DNA of 64,000 nt from Eledone cirrhosa (taxonomy: Eukaryota): the NCBI GenBank assembly GCA_964016885.1, contig OZ024743.1, positions 353,152,001 to 353,216,000 of the forward strand, written 5' to 3'. Position 1 is the first letter of the stretch. Each line of letters opens with the position of its first letter. Positions 19,840 to 37,589 of the stretch are shown here, in pieces. Below the pieces are notes generated by a model, which was not told where the DNA came from, did no database searches, and saw only the letters and a program-made list of their open reading frames with translations. A program made the position numbers and the translations under genes.

Positions 19840-21318
19840 TTGGTTAGCCTCAAGCAGCGCACAAGGGATGGTGAGGTAGTATGTCTACCCACGGATAAGT
19901 CTGGTAGGATGTCAATAGATAGCATGCCGAACTATATCAAGGCTATGCAACCCCACATCACCAACACGAGCGAAATTGCACAACAAACACACGATGGGAG
20001 AGAGAAAATCCTCAACGCTCATATGATGATGTGGACTGACATCCTAAAGCCAAGCAGACGCACTGCCAACAACTTCCAGGCGTCTAACAATGACATACCA
20101 CCCTTGTATGGGCTCCGCAAAGACCACAAGACAGTCGACGACCCGACAACAGGACCACCAACAAGACCCGTATGCGGAGCTAATATAGCTAGTAACTACA
20201 GGATCTCCTACTTCCTCTCAATGATTATACGCCCCATAATCAAGATGTCCCCAGATGTATGTGACAGTACAGAGGACCTCCTCAGCAGAATCAGTGAGTG
20301 CAACAAAAACTGGAACCTATCCAACTGCATAATAGGCAGCATGGATGTGGTGTCACTGTACCCATCCATTAACATTGATTTTGCTGTGAAAAGATGTGTG
20401 GAGGTGATCATTGAGAGTGGGGTGGAGTTCTGCGACGTCGACACAGACGAGCTGGGCCTCCTACTTAGACTTACCTACGACACTGACTACCTAGACAGCC
20501 ATGACCTTAGATGTTTCTGCCCTAGTAGACCTAAAAGAGGTAGACCCCCCACCATAACATCAATGGCAAAAAAGACTCCCATGGGAAGGTGGATTGGGTG
20601 GACCAAAGCTATACGGACCCCCCAAAACATTTATCAGGTAAGAAAAATGGTCGCACATACAATAGGGGCTAGTATCAAAACTACCCTAAAGGGCCACATA
20701 TTTAAGTTCAACGAGAAGATCTACACCCAAAAGGAGGGAGCAGCCATTGGCGTCAGCATAGCTGGTGATGTTGCCAACCTTTTCATGGTATGGTGGGAAA
20801 GGAGACTTAAAGATCTCCTTAATGAGAGCTCCATAGACCTCATCATGTACTCTCGTTATGTAGACGATATCAATATAGTTATAAGAACATCCCCACTAGA
20901 AAGCACTAACAAGTTTGATTTAGAACGTAGCACGATGGAAAGCATCCAGCAGATAGCTAATTCGATACACCAGAGTATAACTGTAACTATCGACTTCCCT
21001 TCCAAACACCCTAACAATAGACTACCTGTATTAGACACAGAACTCTGGATTAACACTAAAGACGAGAGAGCCCAAATTCTCCACTCACACTATGCTAAAC
21101 CCATGGCCTCCAAATACCTGATACTCAAAAACTCAGCAATGTCCAGTAGTGCTAAGTTTAATATTCTGATCGCAGATTTGGTACGAGTGATGAAGAATGT
21201 GTCCCGCATGTGCGACCCAACAGAAATGGAAAGACACATCCAACACTTCATCAACCACATGCAGTTCTCTGGCTACAACCAAAGAGACAGTGTCAAAGTA
21301 TACGAAAGACCCTCATAG
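19840..21318 (+). CDS. PLE reverse transcriptase (5'-truncated, 492 aa open stretch)
   Basis: RT motifs including YSRYVDDINIV; frameshifted into thumb/endonuclease at about 21310. Confidence 0.8.
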   Translation: MVSLKQRTRDGEVVCLPTDKSGRMSIDSMPNYIKAMQPHITNTSEIAQQTHDGREKILNAHMMMWTDILKPSRRTANNFQASNNDIPPLYGLRKDHKTVDDPTTGPPTRPVCGANIASNYRISYFLSMIIRPIIKMSPDVCDSTEDLLSRISECNKNWNLSNCIIGSMDVVSLYPSINIDFAVKRCVEVIIESGVEFCDVDTDELGLLLRLTYDTDYLDSHDLRCFCPSRPKRGRPPTITSMAKKTPMGRWIGWTKAIRTPQNIYQVRKMVAHTIGASIKTTLKGHIFKFNEKIYTQKEGAAIGVSIAGDVANLFMVWWERRLKDLLNESSIDLIMYSRYVDDINIVIRTSPLESTNKFDLERSTMESIQQIANSIHQSITVTIDFPSKHPNNRLPVLDTELWINTKDERAQILHSHYAKPMASKYLILKNSAMSSSAKFNILIADLVRVMKNVSRMCDPTEMERHIQHFINHMQFSGYNQRDSVKVYERPS

Positions 21319-22233
21319 AACTGGACATGAAAGGAATTTGCCCATTATACAGGAGCAAATCATGGAATAGCTTAGATAGGGCTAGACATAAGATAGGGAA
21401 AGCCACCTCATGGTACGACAACCAGAGATACCAGAGTGTCATGTTTGTGGACGCTACCCCTAGAGGGAAATTAGCTAACCAGTGTAGAAAGGCCCTGAGA
21501 AAGACCCACTTAAAAATTTAGGTGGTAGAAAAGCCAGGAACCACCATAAAATCCCTGATCAGCAAAACCTACCCTTTTAAGAAAACCCACTGTACCAATA
21601 GGAAATGTATCATATGTAAGGTAAACCCCCGGATAAACTGTAAAACTAGAAACGTAGTCTATAGCATAAGATGTACAGAGGGCACTTGCAGAAACACGAC
21701 AACAACATACATAGGTGAGACAGCTCGTAGCATAGGTGAAAGGATAGACCAACACTGGGGGGAACTAAAAGGACGAAAAAACGGGTCAGTACTATACGAA
21801 CATGCTAGACAACAACATGACGGTAACATAGACAACAAAGAAATTAGAATAATATCTAAACATAGAAATGACCCAGCAGATAGGCAAATCAGAGAGGCCA
21901 GTGAAATAGAAATTAGAAGGCCAAGACTAAACAGAAAGAATGAATGGAATAACAACAACACCCAAACAAACAACACTGACCTAAGAGAAGTATAAATAAG
22001 TAAATAAAATAAATAAATAAATAAATAAATACATACACAAGCACAATAACAACAAGCACATAAACACACACTAGTCACCCATCACACAGCAAACAAAACA
22101 CTATACACACACGCAAACGCATGCGAAAAGAAGACAAAATAAAATAAACAAACAAGCAAATAAATAAATAAATATATAGACAGACTGAATAAAAATGGCG
22201 TAGACATACAATATAACAGGAGGAAACAATAAC

Positions 22234-22275
22234 ACCACTGACGATGTTGCAGATGTGCAACGAAAGATTTATGAT
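22234..22275 (+). ncRNA. Minimal hammerhead
   Basis: ACCA-CTGACGA-T-GTTGCA(gatg)TGCAAC-GAAA-GATT-TA-TGAT. Confidence 0.75.
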
Positions 22276-22479
22276 AAACTATATATATGTGTTTGTGTCT
22301 ATATTGTATCTGTATTATTTTTGACCGTCGGTCAGTCAATGGCAACATTGAGGACCGAGTAAGTTAGATTACCGATATAAAAGACGCAGAAGCGAGAAGC
22401 GAAAACCAACCAAACATTGAGTGTGTTCTGTTATTAATTCTGGCAATATTACACAAATATGACCCTCCCCAAGTATAAC

Positions 22480-22545
<66 letters not shown>

Positions 22546-22547
22546 TC

Positions 22548-22663
<116 letters not shown>

Positions 22664-22665
22664 TC

Positions 22666-22753
<88 letters not shown>

Positions 22754-22754
<1 letters not shown>

Positions 22755-22857
22755 TAACAGATTAAAGTTTAAGCAAAGAATCGCTGCTTTCACCCAATAT
22801 ATATATATATATATTGGGTGAAAGCAGCGATTCTTTGCTTAAACTTTAATCTGTTAT
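22754..22857. repeat. Perfect palindrome centred on (TA)n
   Basis: ataacagattaaagtttaagcaaagaatcgctgctttcacccaa-(ta)n-ttgggtgaaagcagcgattctttgcttaaactttaatctgttat. Confidence 0.9.
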
Positions 22858-22918
22858 TTTAATAAATATATATATATATATATTTATATATATGTATATA
22901 CATATATATATATATATT

Positions 22919-26998
<4,080 letters not shown>

Positions 26999-27004
26999 CA
27001 TATA

Positions 27005-27218
<214 letters not shown>

Positions 27219-27222
27219 GCAT

Positions 27223-27357
<135 letters not shown>

Positions 27358-27358
27358 C

Positions 27359-27397
<39 letters not shown>

Positions 27398-27398
<1 letters not shown>

Positions 27399-27642
27399 AA
27401 CCTGGAGTAGTTGCGAAACGATAGTATTAGCAACCGGAAAGATCGACGAAAACATTGTTTCCTCGATCCGATTTGACGAAAGACGATCGATCTTATATAT
27501 ATACCTACTTACCTTCCCATCCCTCCTTCTATCCATCTATTTATCTGTCTATCTATCTATCTCGTAGATAGATACACTAGAAGAGATAAAGAGAGAAGGA
27601 ATAAGACTGGGAGAGAGAAAAAGAGCCTTTGTTACCGACACT
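27398..27642 (+). repeat. Interspersed repeat with truncated hammerhead half; second copy at 11365-11596 (minus)
   Basis: CAAC(ctggagta)GTTG-C-GAAAC-GATA-GTA; reverse-complement match to 11365-11596. Confidence 0.65.
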
Positions 27643-27731
27643 ATAACTATTTTTCACTGGAAAAAATTTGTTACCATTTTCTTTTCCTTTTACTAATATA
27701 TCACAACTCGTGTGTTACACCTCTATTTTTT

Positions 27732-27784
<53 letters not shown>

Positions 27785-27974
27785 ATATATATATTTGTAT
27801 ATATATATATACAAATTTGGCTGTATTGTACTGTGCTTTCTAGCAGAAAGCCACCAGCCGTAAGCAACTACCACATCCCTTCCAACCTGACCGCTGCTAC
27901 GTCACGATTCTTAGCCATTTTGAATGAATTCTTGGCGCGATCACTGGAAAATTTTATGTCTAGATTAGAGCAAA

Positions 27975-28050
27975 ACTCCTGAAGAGTCCGGTGCTCGAAT
28001 TTCCAAAGTTACTGGAAATCTCAAAATGCGGACGAAACCATGGTAGAGGT
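27975..28050 (+). ncRNA. Hammerhead with extended stem II
   Basis: ACTC-CTGAAGA-GTCCG...CGGAC-GAAA-CCATGG-TA-GAG; palindromic stem III ACCATGGT. Confidence 0.85.
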
Positions 28051-28314
28051 AAATAAATGTATTCTATTTTCTCCTAGTTTATTTTACACCTAATTCTGTT
28101 TAATTGACTGTATCTGGGCGATTACGCTGTCGAAATATTCGATAAATATTCCGTCGCGGCCGACGCGAAGGGCTAGTTTCAGTTATTTGTTGGAGATTTC
28201 TTCATAGAAGCCTTATTCTTATAGCCTGGTCTATTCGATTTTTTATATAGTTAATTATGCTAATTGGGAGAGGAAATGGTATATATTTTATCTGGTGATT
28301 CTATAGACATGTTT

Positions 28315-28418
<104 letters not shown>

Positions 28419-28419
28419 A

Positions 28420-28836
28420 TTTAAAAAAATAGAGGTGTAACACACGAGTTGTGATATATTAGTAAAAGGAAAAGAAAATGCTGACAAATTTTTCCTAGTG
28501 AAAAATAGTTAAATTAGGAATAAGTATAAATTAGTAATAAGTATTGGTTAGTATTCAATTTTAGTTTTAAGTTTTTACCGGTTGCGCATATCTAATGCTT
28601 TTCATAAATAATTTTGAGATAGAGCGCTCGTGATGTTTTCTCTAATCTGATTAGAGCAAACATCACGAGCGCTCTATCTCAAAATTATTTTTGAAAAAGA
28701 TTAGAAATGCGCAACCGGTAAAAACTTAAAACTAAAACTGAATACTAACCAATACTTATTACTAATTTATACTTATTCCTAATTAAACTATTTTTAAATG
28801 GGAAAAATGTTTTCAGCATTTTCTTTTCCTTTTACT

Positions 28837-28838
<2 letters not shown>
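28420..28838. mobile_element. Inverted pair of pseudo-LTRs of the 55.7-61.1 kb PLE family
   Basis: Arms centred near 28645 match 55895-56110; a further piece is at 27643-27735. Confidence 0.8.
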
Positions 28839-28934
<96 letters not shown>

Positions 28935-28939
28935 AATAT

Positions 28940-30122
<1,183 letters not shown>

Positions 30123-30708
30123 TTTATAATGACACACAACCCATGTCACCAGAATATATTCAACACTGCCAAAGCAAACCTACCGATCATTGCACAAAGA
30201 AATTAATTAAAAGGTTTAATCACAGACCGAGCTTTGATTCTTAGTAAAAGACAGCCGAAAAATTTGAAGCAATTACTAACAAAAGCAATTTTGACCTTAA
30301 CAACAAAGACCAATCATTCACTGTATCTAAATGCAATGATAGTCGATGTGGCACATGTCAGTTCATACATACTGGTCAATATATGAACACAAAAACTGGA
30401 AAAATATTCTCAAATGCAAATATGAACTGCAAAAGCAAAAATCTAATTTACTGCATTAAATGCCCGAATTGTGAAGAACTATATGTCGGTCAAACTGGAA
30501 ATGCACTATCGGAACGTGCACGGGTGCACCGACAGCAAATCAGATACCCAAATGTCCGTCAGATACCCCTGAGTAACCCTCTAGCAACATGTGGTCAGAA
30601 AATATTTATAGTATTTCCATACTACAAACTACACAGCCCAAGTGAAATCAAGAGAAAAATTAAAGAAAAGAATTTTATTGATACATTCCAACCCAAGCTA
30701 AATGAACA

Positions 30709-30898
30709 ATAATAATTGTTTCTACTTTAGACACAAGGCCAGCAATTACTCAGTGCATTACTGGTACTTTATTTTATCGACCCCGTAAGGATGAAAGGCA
30801 AAGTCAACCTCGGCGGGATTTGAACTCAGATCGTAAAGGGACGTAACTATGCTGGAAAGCATGGCGTCCGACCCTCTACCGATACTGCCAATCCACCT
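30709..30898 (-). mobile_element. Nin/Deu-domain tRNA SINE
   Basis: Same consensus as 3041-3221. Confidence 0.85.
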
Positions 30899-31307
30899 AA
30901 ATGAACAATAATAATGCTTAGTGGTATTACTTCTACTACGACCGTGTCGACTACCACCACTAACAACAACAACAACAACAGTAATAATAATAAAAGTAAT
31001 GTTGATGTTGATGATTACTGAAGATTTTTTTGTAAAAACCCTAGAAAATGCTATTTTCATCATTTCTAAAAATAGCAAAACAATTGATGCTTTGGATAGG
31101 GTCAAATAGAAGTCGTTAGACATGCTCAACCAACCGTGACGCCTAAACCAATCAACTTTAGTAATCTAGTGAAACCACACACCGATTGGTCGAAATACAG
31201 TTTGCAAAACTTAGCATTCTGTAGCCCCTTTTTACTGTATATAAGGCACAGATTTTAGCCATCTCATTACAGTTTAAAATTGCAAACTTGACTGTCACCA
31301 CTGAATA

Positions 31308-31346
31308 TGAACCTGAAGATTGCGAAAGCATGAAAGTATTTGTTCA
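31308..31346 (+). ncRNA. Minimal hammerhead
   Basis: TGAAC-CTGAAGA-T-TGC(gaaa)GCA-T-GAAA-GTAT-TT-GTTCA. Confidence 0.82.
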
Positions 31347-31494
31347 ATTAACATTTAACATTGAATATTCTACCATACTATTTCATTATAATATCATTAT
31401 AATTTTAAAGGATTGTAAATAAAACGAGTAAATCAGAGAAAGTTGGAATTCCTTTTATTAATATAAACTCCTATACACAATCATACACACCCGA

Positions 31495-31573
<79 letters not shown>

Positions 31574-31964
31574 CAAAATTAAGATAAATCAAAATGAATT
31601 TAATCTAAATCAAAATTATGGGTGTCATGCCAGAAAGACATGCGCCATATCACCCGCAAAATAAGCTCTAAGGTTCTAACGAATAGGTCCGATTTGAACT
31701 TGAAGTGCAAACATAGATCGCTGAAACTTCTTCCTTGTTGAAAATCCAAGTATCGGCATCCGTGGTTTACCATTCGATTAATTGGTGAAATATATTCCTT
31801 TAATGGAATATATACAGGGAAGATTAATCATATTATAAGGTATCTATTTTTGAAGTTCTGGTTAACTTTATTTAGTTACCTACCTAGCTATGTGTGCTTA
31901 CACACTTGTAAAAATTATCTCCTGTGATTATTCATGTTTATTTATATGTTAATCAATTTCTAGT

Positions 31965-32007
<43 letters not shown>

Positions 32008-32116
32008 AAGAGAGGGGGGATAGAGATAATAGCTGACTAAGTACACACGTATTTTCCTCGTGAAAATGTTTCCCGTTTTCCTATTTTTTTTCCTTACTTT
32101 CGTCTATTTTTCTATT

Positions 32117-32218
<102 letters not shown>

Positions 32219-32693
32219 GTCTCTCTCATTCTATTTTACGATGAGGGACTAATGTCCGAAATGTTGAGATTCTTTTCTTACTAGACCAAGCGTTGAACTA
32301 ATTACTCTTTTACTCTTTTACCTGTTTCAGCCATCCGGCTGAGGCCATTATTGTATTGTGTTGTTCTTCTGTGTGGTTTTTGCTTGTTGACTTCCCTCAT
32401 ATATATACATATATATGTGTGTGTGTGTGTGTGTGTATGTTCGTTTTTGTGTGTGTGTGTAAGACTGTGTGTATAATTGTAAATATAATCATAATTATAT
32501 GTAATCTTCAAGAGGTGAGGTGTACTCTTATTTTAAACAAGTAAGACATTTAGCACTAATTCTGCAGAGGAGAGGGGTATGATTTCTTTGGTGTACACGG
32601 TAATCCGATCACCTAGAATGCGATAAATATAGAGTTCGTGTCCCGTGAGACTTCCTTCCTTTTTCTGTCGAATATTAATGCTAGTAAACGTCT

Positions 32694-32762
<69 letters not shown>

Positions 32763-32832
32763 TCACCCGGGTGAGCACTCGATGTTTAGGTTCACGTCAG
32801 TATCGAGGTGTAGAGCTAGACAGAGAGTAGTA

Positions 32833-33020
32833 TAATAATTGTTTCTACTTTTGGCACAAGGCCAGCAATTACCCAGTGCATTACTGGTACTTTATTTTAT
32901 CGACCCTGTAAGGATGAAAGGCAAAGTTAACCTCGGCGGGATTTGAACTCAGAATGACAAGGACCGTATTTCTATGCGTCAAAGCATGGCGTCCGACCCT
33001 CTACCGATACTGCCAATCCA
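32833..33020 (-). mobile_element. Nin/Deu-domain tRNA SINE
   Basis: Same consensus. Confidence 0.85.
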
Positions 33021-33029
33021 GACAGTAGT

Positions 33030-33292
33030 ATAATAATACAAGGACGAATGGTTACTCCTTCATTACGTTTATTGGTTGGTGACGCGCATTTCGCTACTGA
33101 TCAGCTCAAGGTTCGATCTGTATCGATCCAGCCCGATTCTTGAATCACTACCACAGAGTTCCGACGAACTTTTGATTCCAGAGTCGGGCTCTATCGATAC
33201 AGATCGAACCTTGAGCTGATCAGTAGCGAAACGCGCGTCACCATCCAATAAACGTAATGAAGGAGTAACCATTCATCCTTGTATTATTATTA
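33030..33292. mobile_element. Tail-out palindrome with half-hammerhead, in (ATT)n context
   Basis: About 115 bp inverted arms; GTAGC-GAAA-CGCGCG-TC-ACCA; ends ataataatacaagg / ccttgtattattat. Confidence 0.7.
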
Positions 33293-33299
33293 TTTGTTG

Positions 33300-33990
33300 A
33301 GATTGGGGAAATTTCGGAGCAGAAGATGACTGGAAATGGAAATCCAAAGGCTTCGGTAGTTCCTGATCTTCATCTTGTGACTTCCGTAATCCAGAAATTT
33401 GTCAGAGATCGTCGGTCGACTTACACTAGGACTGTTGCTCGGGATGTGATGGACTACTCTATTGAAAATGGTTTCATTGCTGTTGACCGTGATCAACCAA
33501 AGCAAGTCCAAGCAACTCTGCGGTCTGTTCAAAGATTCCTTAAGTGAAAGGATACCATCGCGGAAAGAAGAAAGAAATAATGTGCTACAAGCTCCGAGCC
33601 GAGAACATTCGTAAGCGGGATCTCAATACAGTCAGATTAGTTTTTCTCAATGCAGCGAAGAAGCGACAAATTGTGTAGATGGATGAAAGCTTCACAAGCA
33701 TATTAGAGCCATTGAAGACGATGAAGAGTTTGAAGACGAAGTCAGTGATGGTGAAAGTAATACTTCGAGCAGTAGAGATGAAGATAACTTCAATAAATGA
33801 TAAAATACACTACTTATAACCATGGTTTCTTTTATTTTCTCTCAAAATCGAAAACCGTTCATAACTTTTGAACTAGAATTGCAAAACTACTAAACTATAG
33901 CTTATTCTACTCGTCAAAGTATATTTATTTCTCAATAACATCAGAGCATTGTGTTTAAAAAAAACGGCCTCAATGGTGTCACGGTCTATA
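33300..33990 (+). pseudogene. IS630/Tc1/mariner-like transposase relic, internally deleted
   Basis: FVRDRRS..RTVARDVMDY..LRSVQRFLK*.GYHRGKKK..IRKRD..RQIV*MDESF (first catalytic D); putative end ...ggtgtcacggtc-TA. Confidence 0.45.
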
Positions 33991-34035
33991 AATACCGCAA
34001 ACCATTTTCGCTACAGAACGGCCTTCAGAAACGAA

Positions 34036-34113
<78 letters not shown>

Positions 34114-34344
34114 CATAAATGTACGTACGAGCATACCAAAGGTGCTTTTGAAAGAACTAAGAAACATATTTATCCTGCATATTCTATAACCAGCAACCAC
34201 ATCTGCTAAAATAACAAACTGCCATCATCATCATTAACATCAACACTACCACCATATCTATCACCAACATCGTTATTGTCGACGTCATTATCACCCCTGC
34301 ACCTTCAACCACCACCATCACAACCACTTCCATCATCATCAATG

Positions 34345-34376
<32 letters not shown>

Positions 34377-34869
34377 GTCGTGATTACCACATGGTGTTAC
34401 AATCATTCCATATCAACCGTCTCCAGTTTCCTCATCCGTTTATTATAACCCCTGGGAATTCATTAATGTTCCTCAGTTCACTAATTAGGCTATAAACAAA
34501 CATACACAGGCACGTGTTATTTTGATTAAATAACTGAGTATTCTGCGAAGTATTACAATTTCTGTAATATATATAAATAAAGGCCAAAAAGTTATCGATG
34601 TCACCGCGATAAAAATAAGCACTACGGCTGAAGTACATCAAATCTTGGTATTTAATATCTTGTCTGTAATGCGTGAGAATTAAGTCGTTTAAATACATTT
34701 GGTTATATTTTTATTGCTGTTATAACAAACTTTAATAGACTCTTTTTTCTTTTTCTTCTTGAGACTGATTCGCGAGAAATTTGGCTGCTCTTTCTAGCAA
34801 GTGGAACGACCACGTAGAGTTTCCTTCATTGGCGTGTAAATATATTTTTTTCTGTAGACTTTCCATCAT

Positions 34870-35150
34870 TGGCTTGTATCTTCTGCTTCTTCTCCCACTT
34901 AGTCCTGAGGAGAACGTGGGGGCAGAGTCCTCAAACACTTCTTCCAGCAGGTCCTATAAAAAGTAATCGTTTCCAATTGATCCGGCTGGATCCCCAAGCC
35001 GAGCTCATGGATGTTATCTAACCATCGTGTTCAGGGTCTACTCATTGGTCTCCTGCCGGTTGGATTTTGCCCGTAAAATCTGTCCAGTGATTCTTTCCTG
35101 AGACATTCTAACTACATGGCCGTAATATCGGAGCTGTGATCTCTCAATTC
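34870..35150 (-). mobile_element. RTE LINE 3' fragment
   Basis: RIERSQLRYYGHVVRMSQERITGQIL; homologous to 10270-10545. Confidence 0.7.
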
Positions 35151-35631
35151 TTATTAAAATGCGGAAAACTGAGTAAAGAACATTTTTTTTCTGAGTGCCC
35201 TGTGTAACTTCGGCTGAAATCAGATGTTTACACGAGTTCTTCCCATTCATTTAACCCCGAAAAAATGCTATGCATTGTTTCATATGGGATAAAGGGGGTT
35301 TCAAGACGATGAACTTGAAGGATGTCCGTCAACTTCTACAAACCCTCAACTATTTTCCAAATCGAAGAAGTAAATGGTTAACGCCGTTTTAAGGTAAAGG
35401 AAGTTAGATTGGGGAGTTTAAACAGAAGTTTCTGCATCACCTGTATATAAATAACGTGAGTACAAGGTGGGTAGCAAAACTTCAGTCTTTAGAAACGCCA
35501 AGAATGTTTGAACAAGGTTTGTACCGATCAATCGGCAGATAATAGGTATCGGCCATAGCGACCATTTTGCTGAATAACTGATATCGACTTTTTCGCAGAT
35601 TAATCGGTTTTGATAATCGGCCAAAATTGTT

Positions 35632-35992
35632 TCGCGACATAGAGTTACGGCCCTTTATGTTCTGAATCCAAATCCTGCCGAGGTTAACTTTGCCTTCCAT
35701 CCTTACGGAGTCGAATAAAAAGCACCAGTAATGCACTGGGGTAATTATTGCCCTTGTGCCAAAAGTAGAAACATTATTATTATTATCCAAGAGTGGTGGA
35801 TTGGCAGTATCAGTAGAGGGTCGGACGCCATGCTTTGCAGCAAAGAGTTACGGCCCTTTATGGTCTGAGTTCAAATCCTGCTGAGGTTAACTTTGCCTTT
35901 CATCCTTACGGGGTCGATAAAATAAAGTACCAGTAATACACTAGGATAATTGCTGGCCTTGTGCCAAAAGTAGAAACAATTATTATTATTAT
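35632..35992 (+). mobile_element. Two tandem Nin/Deu-domain SINEs (5'-truncated then full)
   Basis: Second copy has A box TGGCAGTATCAG, B box GAGTTCAAATCC and an (ATT)n tail. Confidence 0.85.
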
Positions 35993-36149
35993 TAAGTAAG
36001 CATGTTTTGAAACAGCGAGTTGGAAATTAGAAGCTTTCGCCGTATTTTTTTACTAAAGAAATTTTAGCCTGATAGTGGGGTTTATAACCCTTTAAAAAAT
36101 GGAAAAAGATGAGTATTGTCGTATTATTATTATTATTGAACATTCGGGG

Positions 36150-36410
36150 TTATTCCTTTGTTTCGATGAATCTAACCCCATATGTTTCACTGTCATCGAG
36201 CCGATAAAGAAATCATTTCATCTCTCCCTTTGTGGCATCCCTCTGGTTGTGTCTATTCACGAAAACTGACTTTCCCAGACACCATAGCTCGGAACTCAGG
36301 GTTGAACATAAGGGATCTGGGGACAGCAATGCTGGATCGAACAGTGTGGAAAGGGATTGTCAAGAGAGTTCTGACTGCCCACAGAGAAGTCGAAGGATGA
36401 TGATGATGAA
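36150..36410 (+). mobile_element. RTE LINE 3' fragment with (GAT)n tail
   Basis: HCHRADKEIISSL.LW.P..LTFPDTIAR..DLGTAMLDRTVWK then gatgatgatgatga. Confidence 0.7.
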
Positions 36411-36552
36411 CTGTTACGCTAAAGGATCACTGGCAACTGATTGGCCGTCTTTTAGATTTAAGTCTATAACTAGAAGAGTAAACAGTCGATTAACTTAAGG
36501 AACATTAGGAGAATTTAAAATTTGGAATGTAGAAGTCCCAAATCAAATGACT

Positions 36553-36743
36553 ATAATAATTGTTTCTACTTTTGGCACAAGGCCAGCAATTATCCCAGTG
36601 AATTACTGGTACTTTATTTTATCGACCCCGTAAGGATGAAAAGCAAAGTTAACCGCGGCGGTATTTGAACTCAGAACGCAAAGGGCCGTAACTCTATACT
36701 GCAAAGCATGGCGTCCGACCCTCTACGGATACTGCCAATCCAC
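36553..36743 (-). mobile_element. Nin/Deu-domain tRNA SINE
   Basis: Same consensus. Confidence 0.85.
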
Positions 36744-36919
36744 TAAGGTTAAACTCCTGTTTATCTACCTATATGATGCTTCCATATCGCCGTATAGATT
36801 TTGTCATATTCAGGATTTTGTCAATTTTTATGGTGTCTCTAGTGGAGGGAATATTGGCAGATTCTTAACACACCAACACTTGATTCTGATATCAATTTCT
36901 TTCTGCTGTTCGTTCTCAC

Positions 36920-36945
36920 CTACTACTACTACTACTACTACTACA

Positions 36946-37001
<56 letters not shown>

Positions 37002-37005
37002 AACA

Positions 37006-37070
<65 letters not shown>
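36920..37070. repeat. (TAC)n microsatellite
   Basis: About 50 units. Confidence 0.97.
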
Positions 37071-37589
37071 ATTCTTATTGATTACTCTGATACAAAACTT
37101 GTATTAACTATGACTTCCACCTTTCCAAGGTCGTTATAATAAAGTAGCAGTCAAGTACTTGGCTGATATAGTTGACTTTCTCCTTCGCCACAAAACTACT
37201 GACCTTGTGTCTAAATTAGAAACCATTATATCATAATATATATTTTTCAAATCCATAGATATATTTTAGTTTCCTTCTTTGAAATACATAATTTCTTCAT
37301 TTCTGCAACTAGCCAATAGATACGTTTATTCCAAGGTCAAACATTTTCGATTCAATACAAGTGACATTTCACTTCTCAATCGACATTTATCAATGAATTT
37401 CAATTAATATTTGTTTTTAATAACTGAATATTTTCTCATTAACTATGAATTTCCTGTCAAGTCTTCATTACGGTTGATTTCAATGATTTCGTTCAAATCA
37501 GTGTATTTTGAAAAGACATACTTCGACATCAGCCAACAACTTGATAGAAATCCAAACACTTTTCTTAGTATCGTCTTTAAAAATGTTAT

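Larger units (their letters stand above)
19831..22480 (+). mobile_element. 5'-truncated PLE of a distinct lineage (RT plus GIY-YIG)
   Basis: PTDKSG, LYGLRKDHK, MDVVSLYPSI, EGAAIG..AGDVAN, RYVDD, LPVLD; after a frameshift VMFVDATP, CTNRKCIIC..C..NVVYSIRC..YIGETARS..ER..H; HHR at 22234-22275; ends in (TA)n. Confidence 0.92.
30123..31495 (+). mobile_element. PLE 3' fragment (Neptune-like GIY-YIG) with nested SINE
   Basis: THNP, SKRQPKNLKQLL, CNDSRCGTC, CKSKNLIYCIKCPNCEELYVGQTG..ER..H..FQPKLN; SINE at 30709-30898; HHR at 31308-31346. Confidence 0.88.

Noticed and set aside
19095-19925. 276 aa minus-strand ORF as a single protein
   Set aside because: Its N-terminal part is antisense RT sequence plus the inverted duplication; only the part from about 19700 down to 19095 is genuine endonuclease
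35520-35625. ccgat/atcgg-rich stretch resembling a hAT-type MITE subterminal region
   Set aside because: No TIR pair or TSD identifiable
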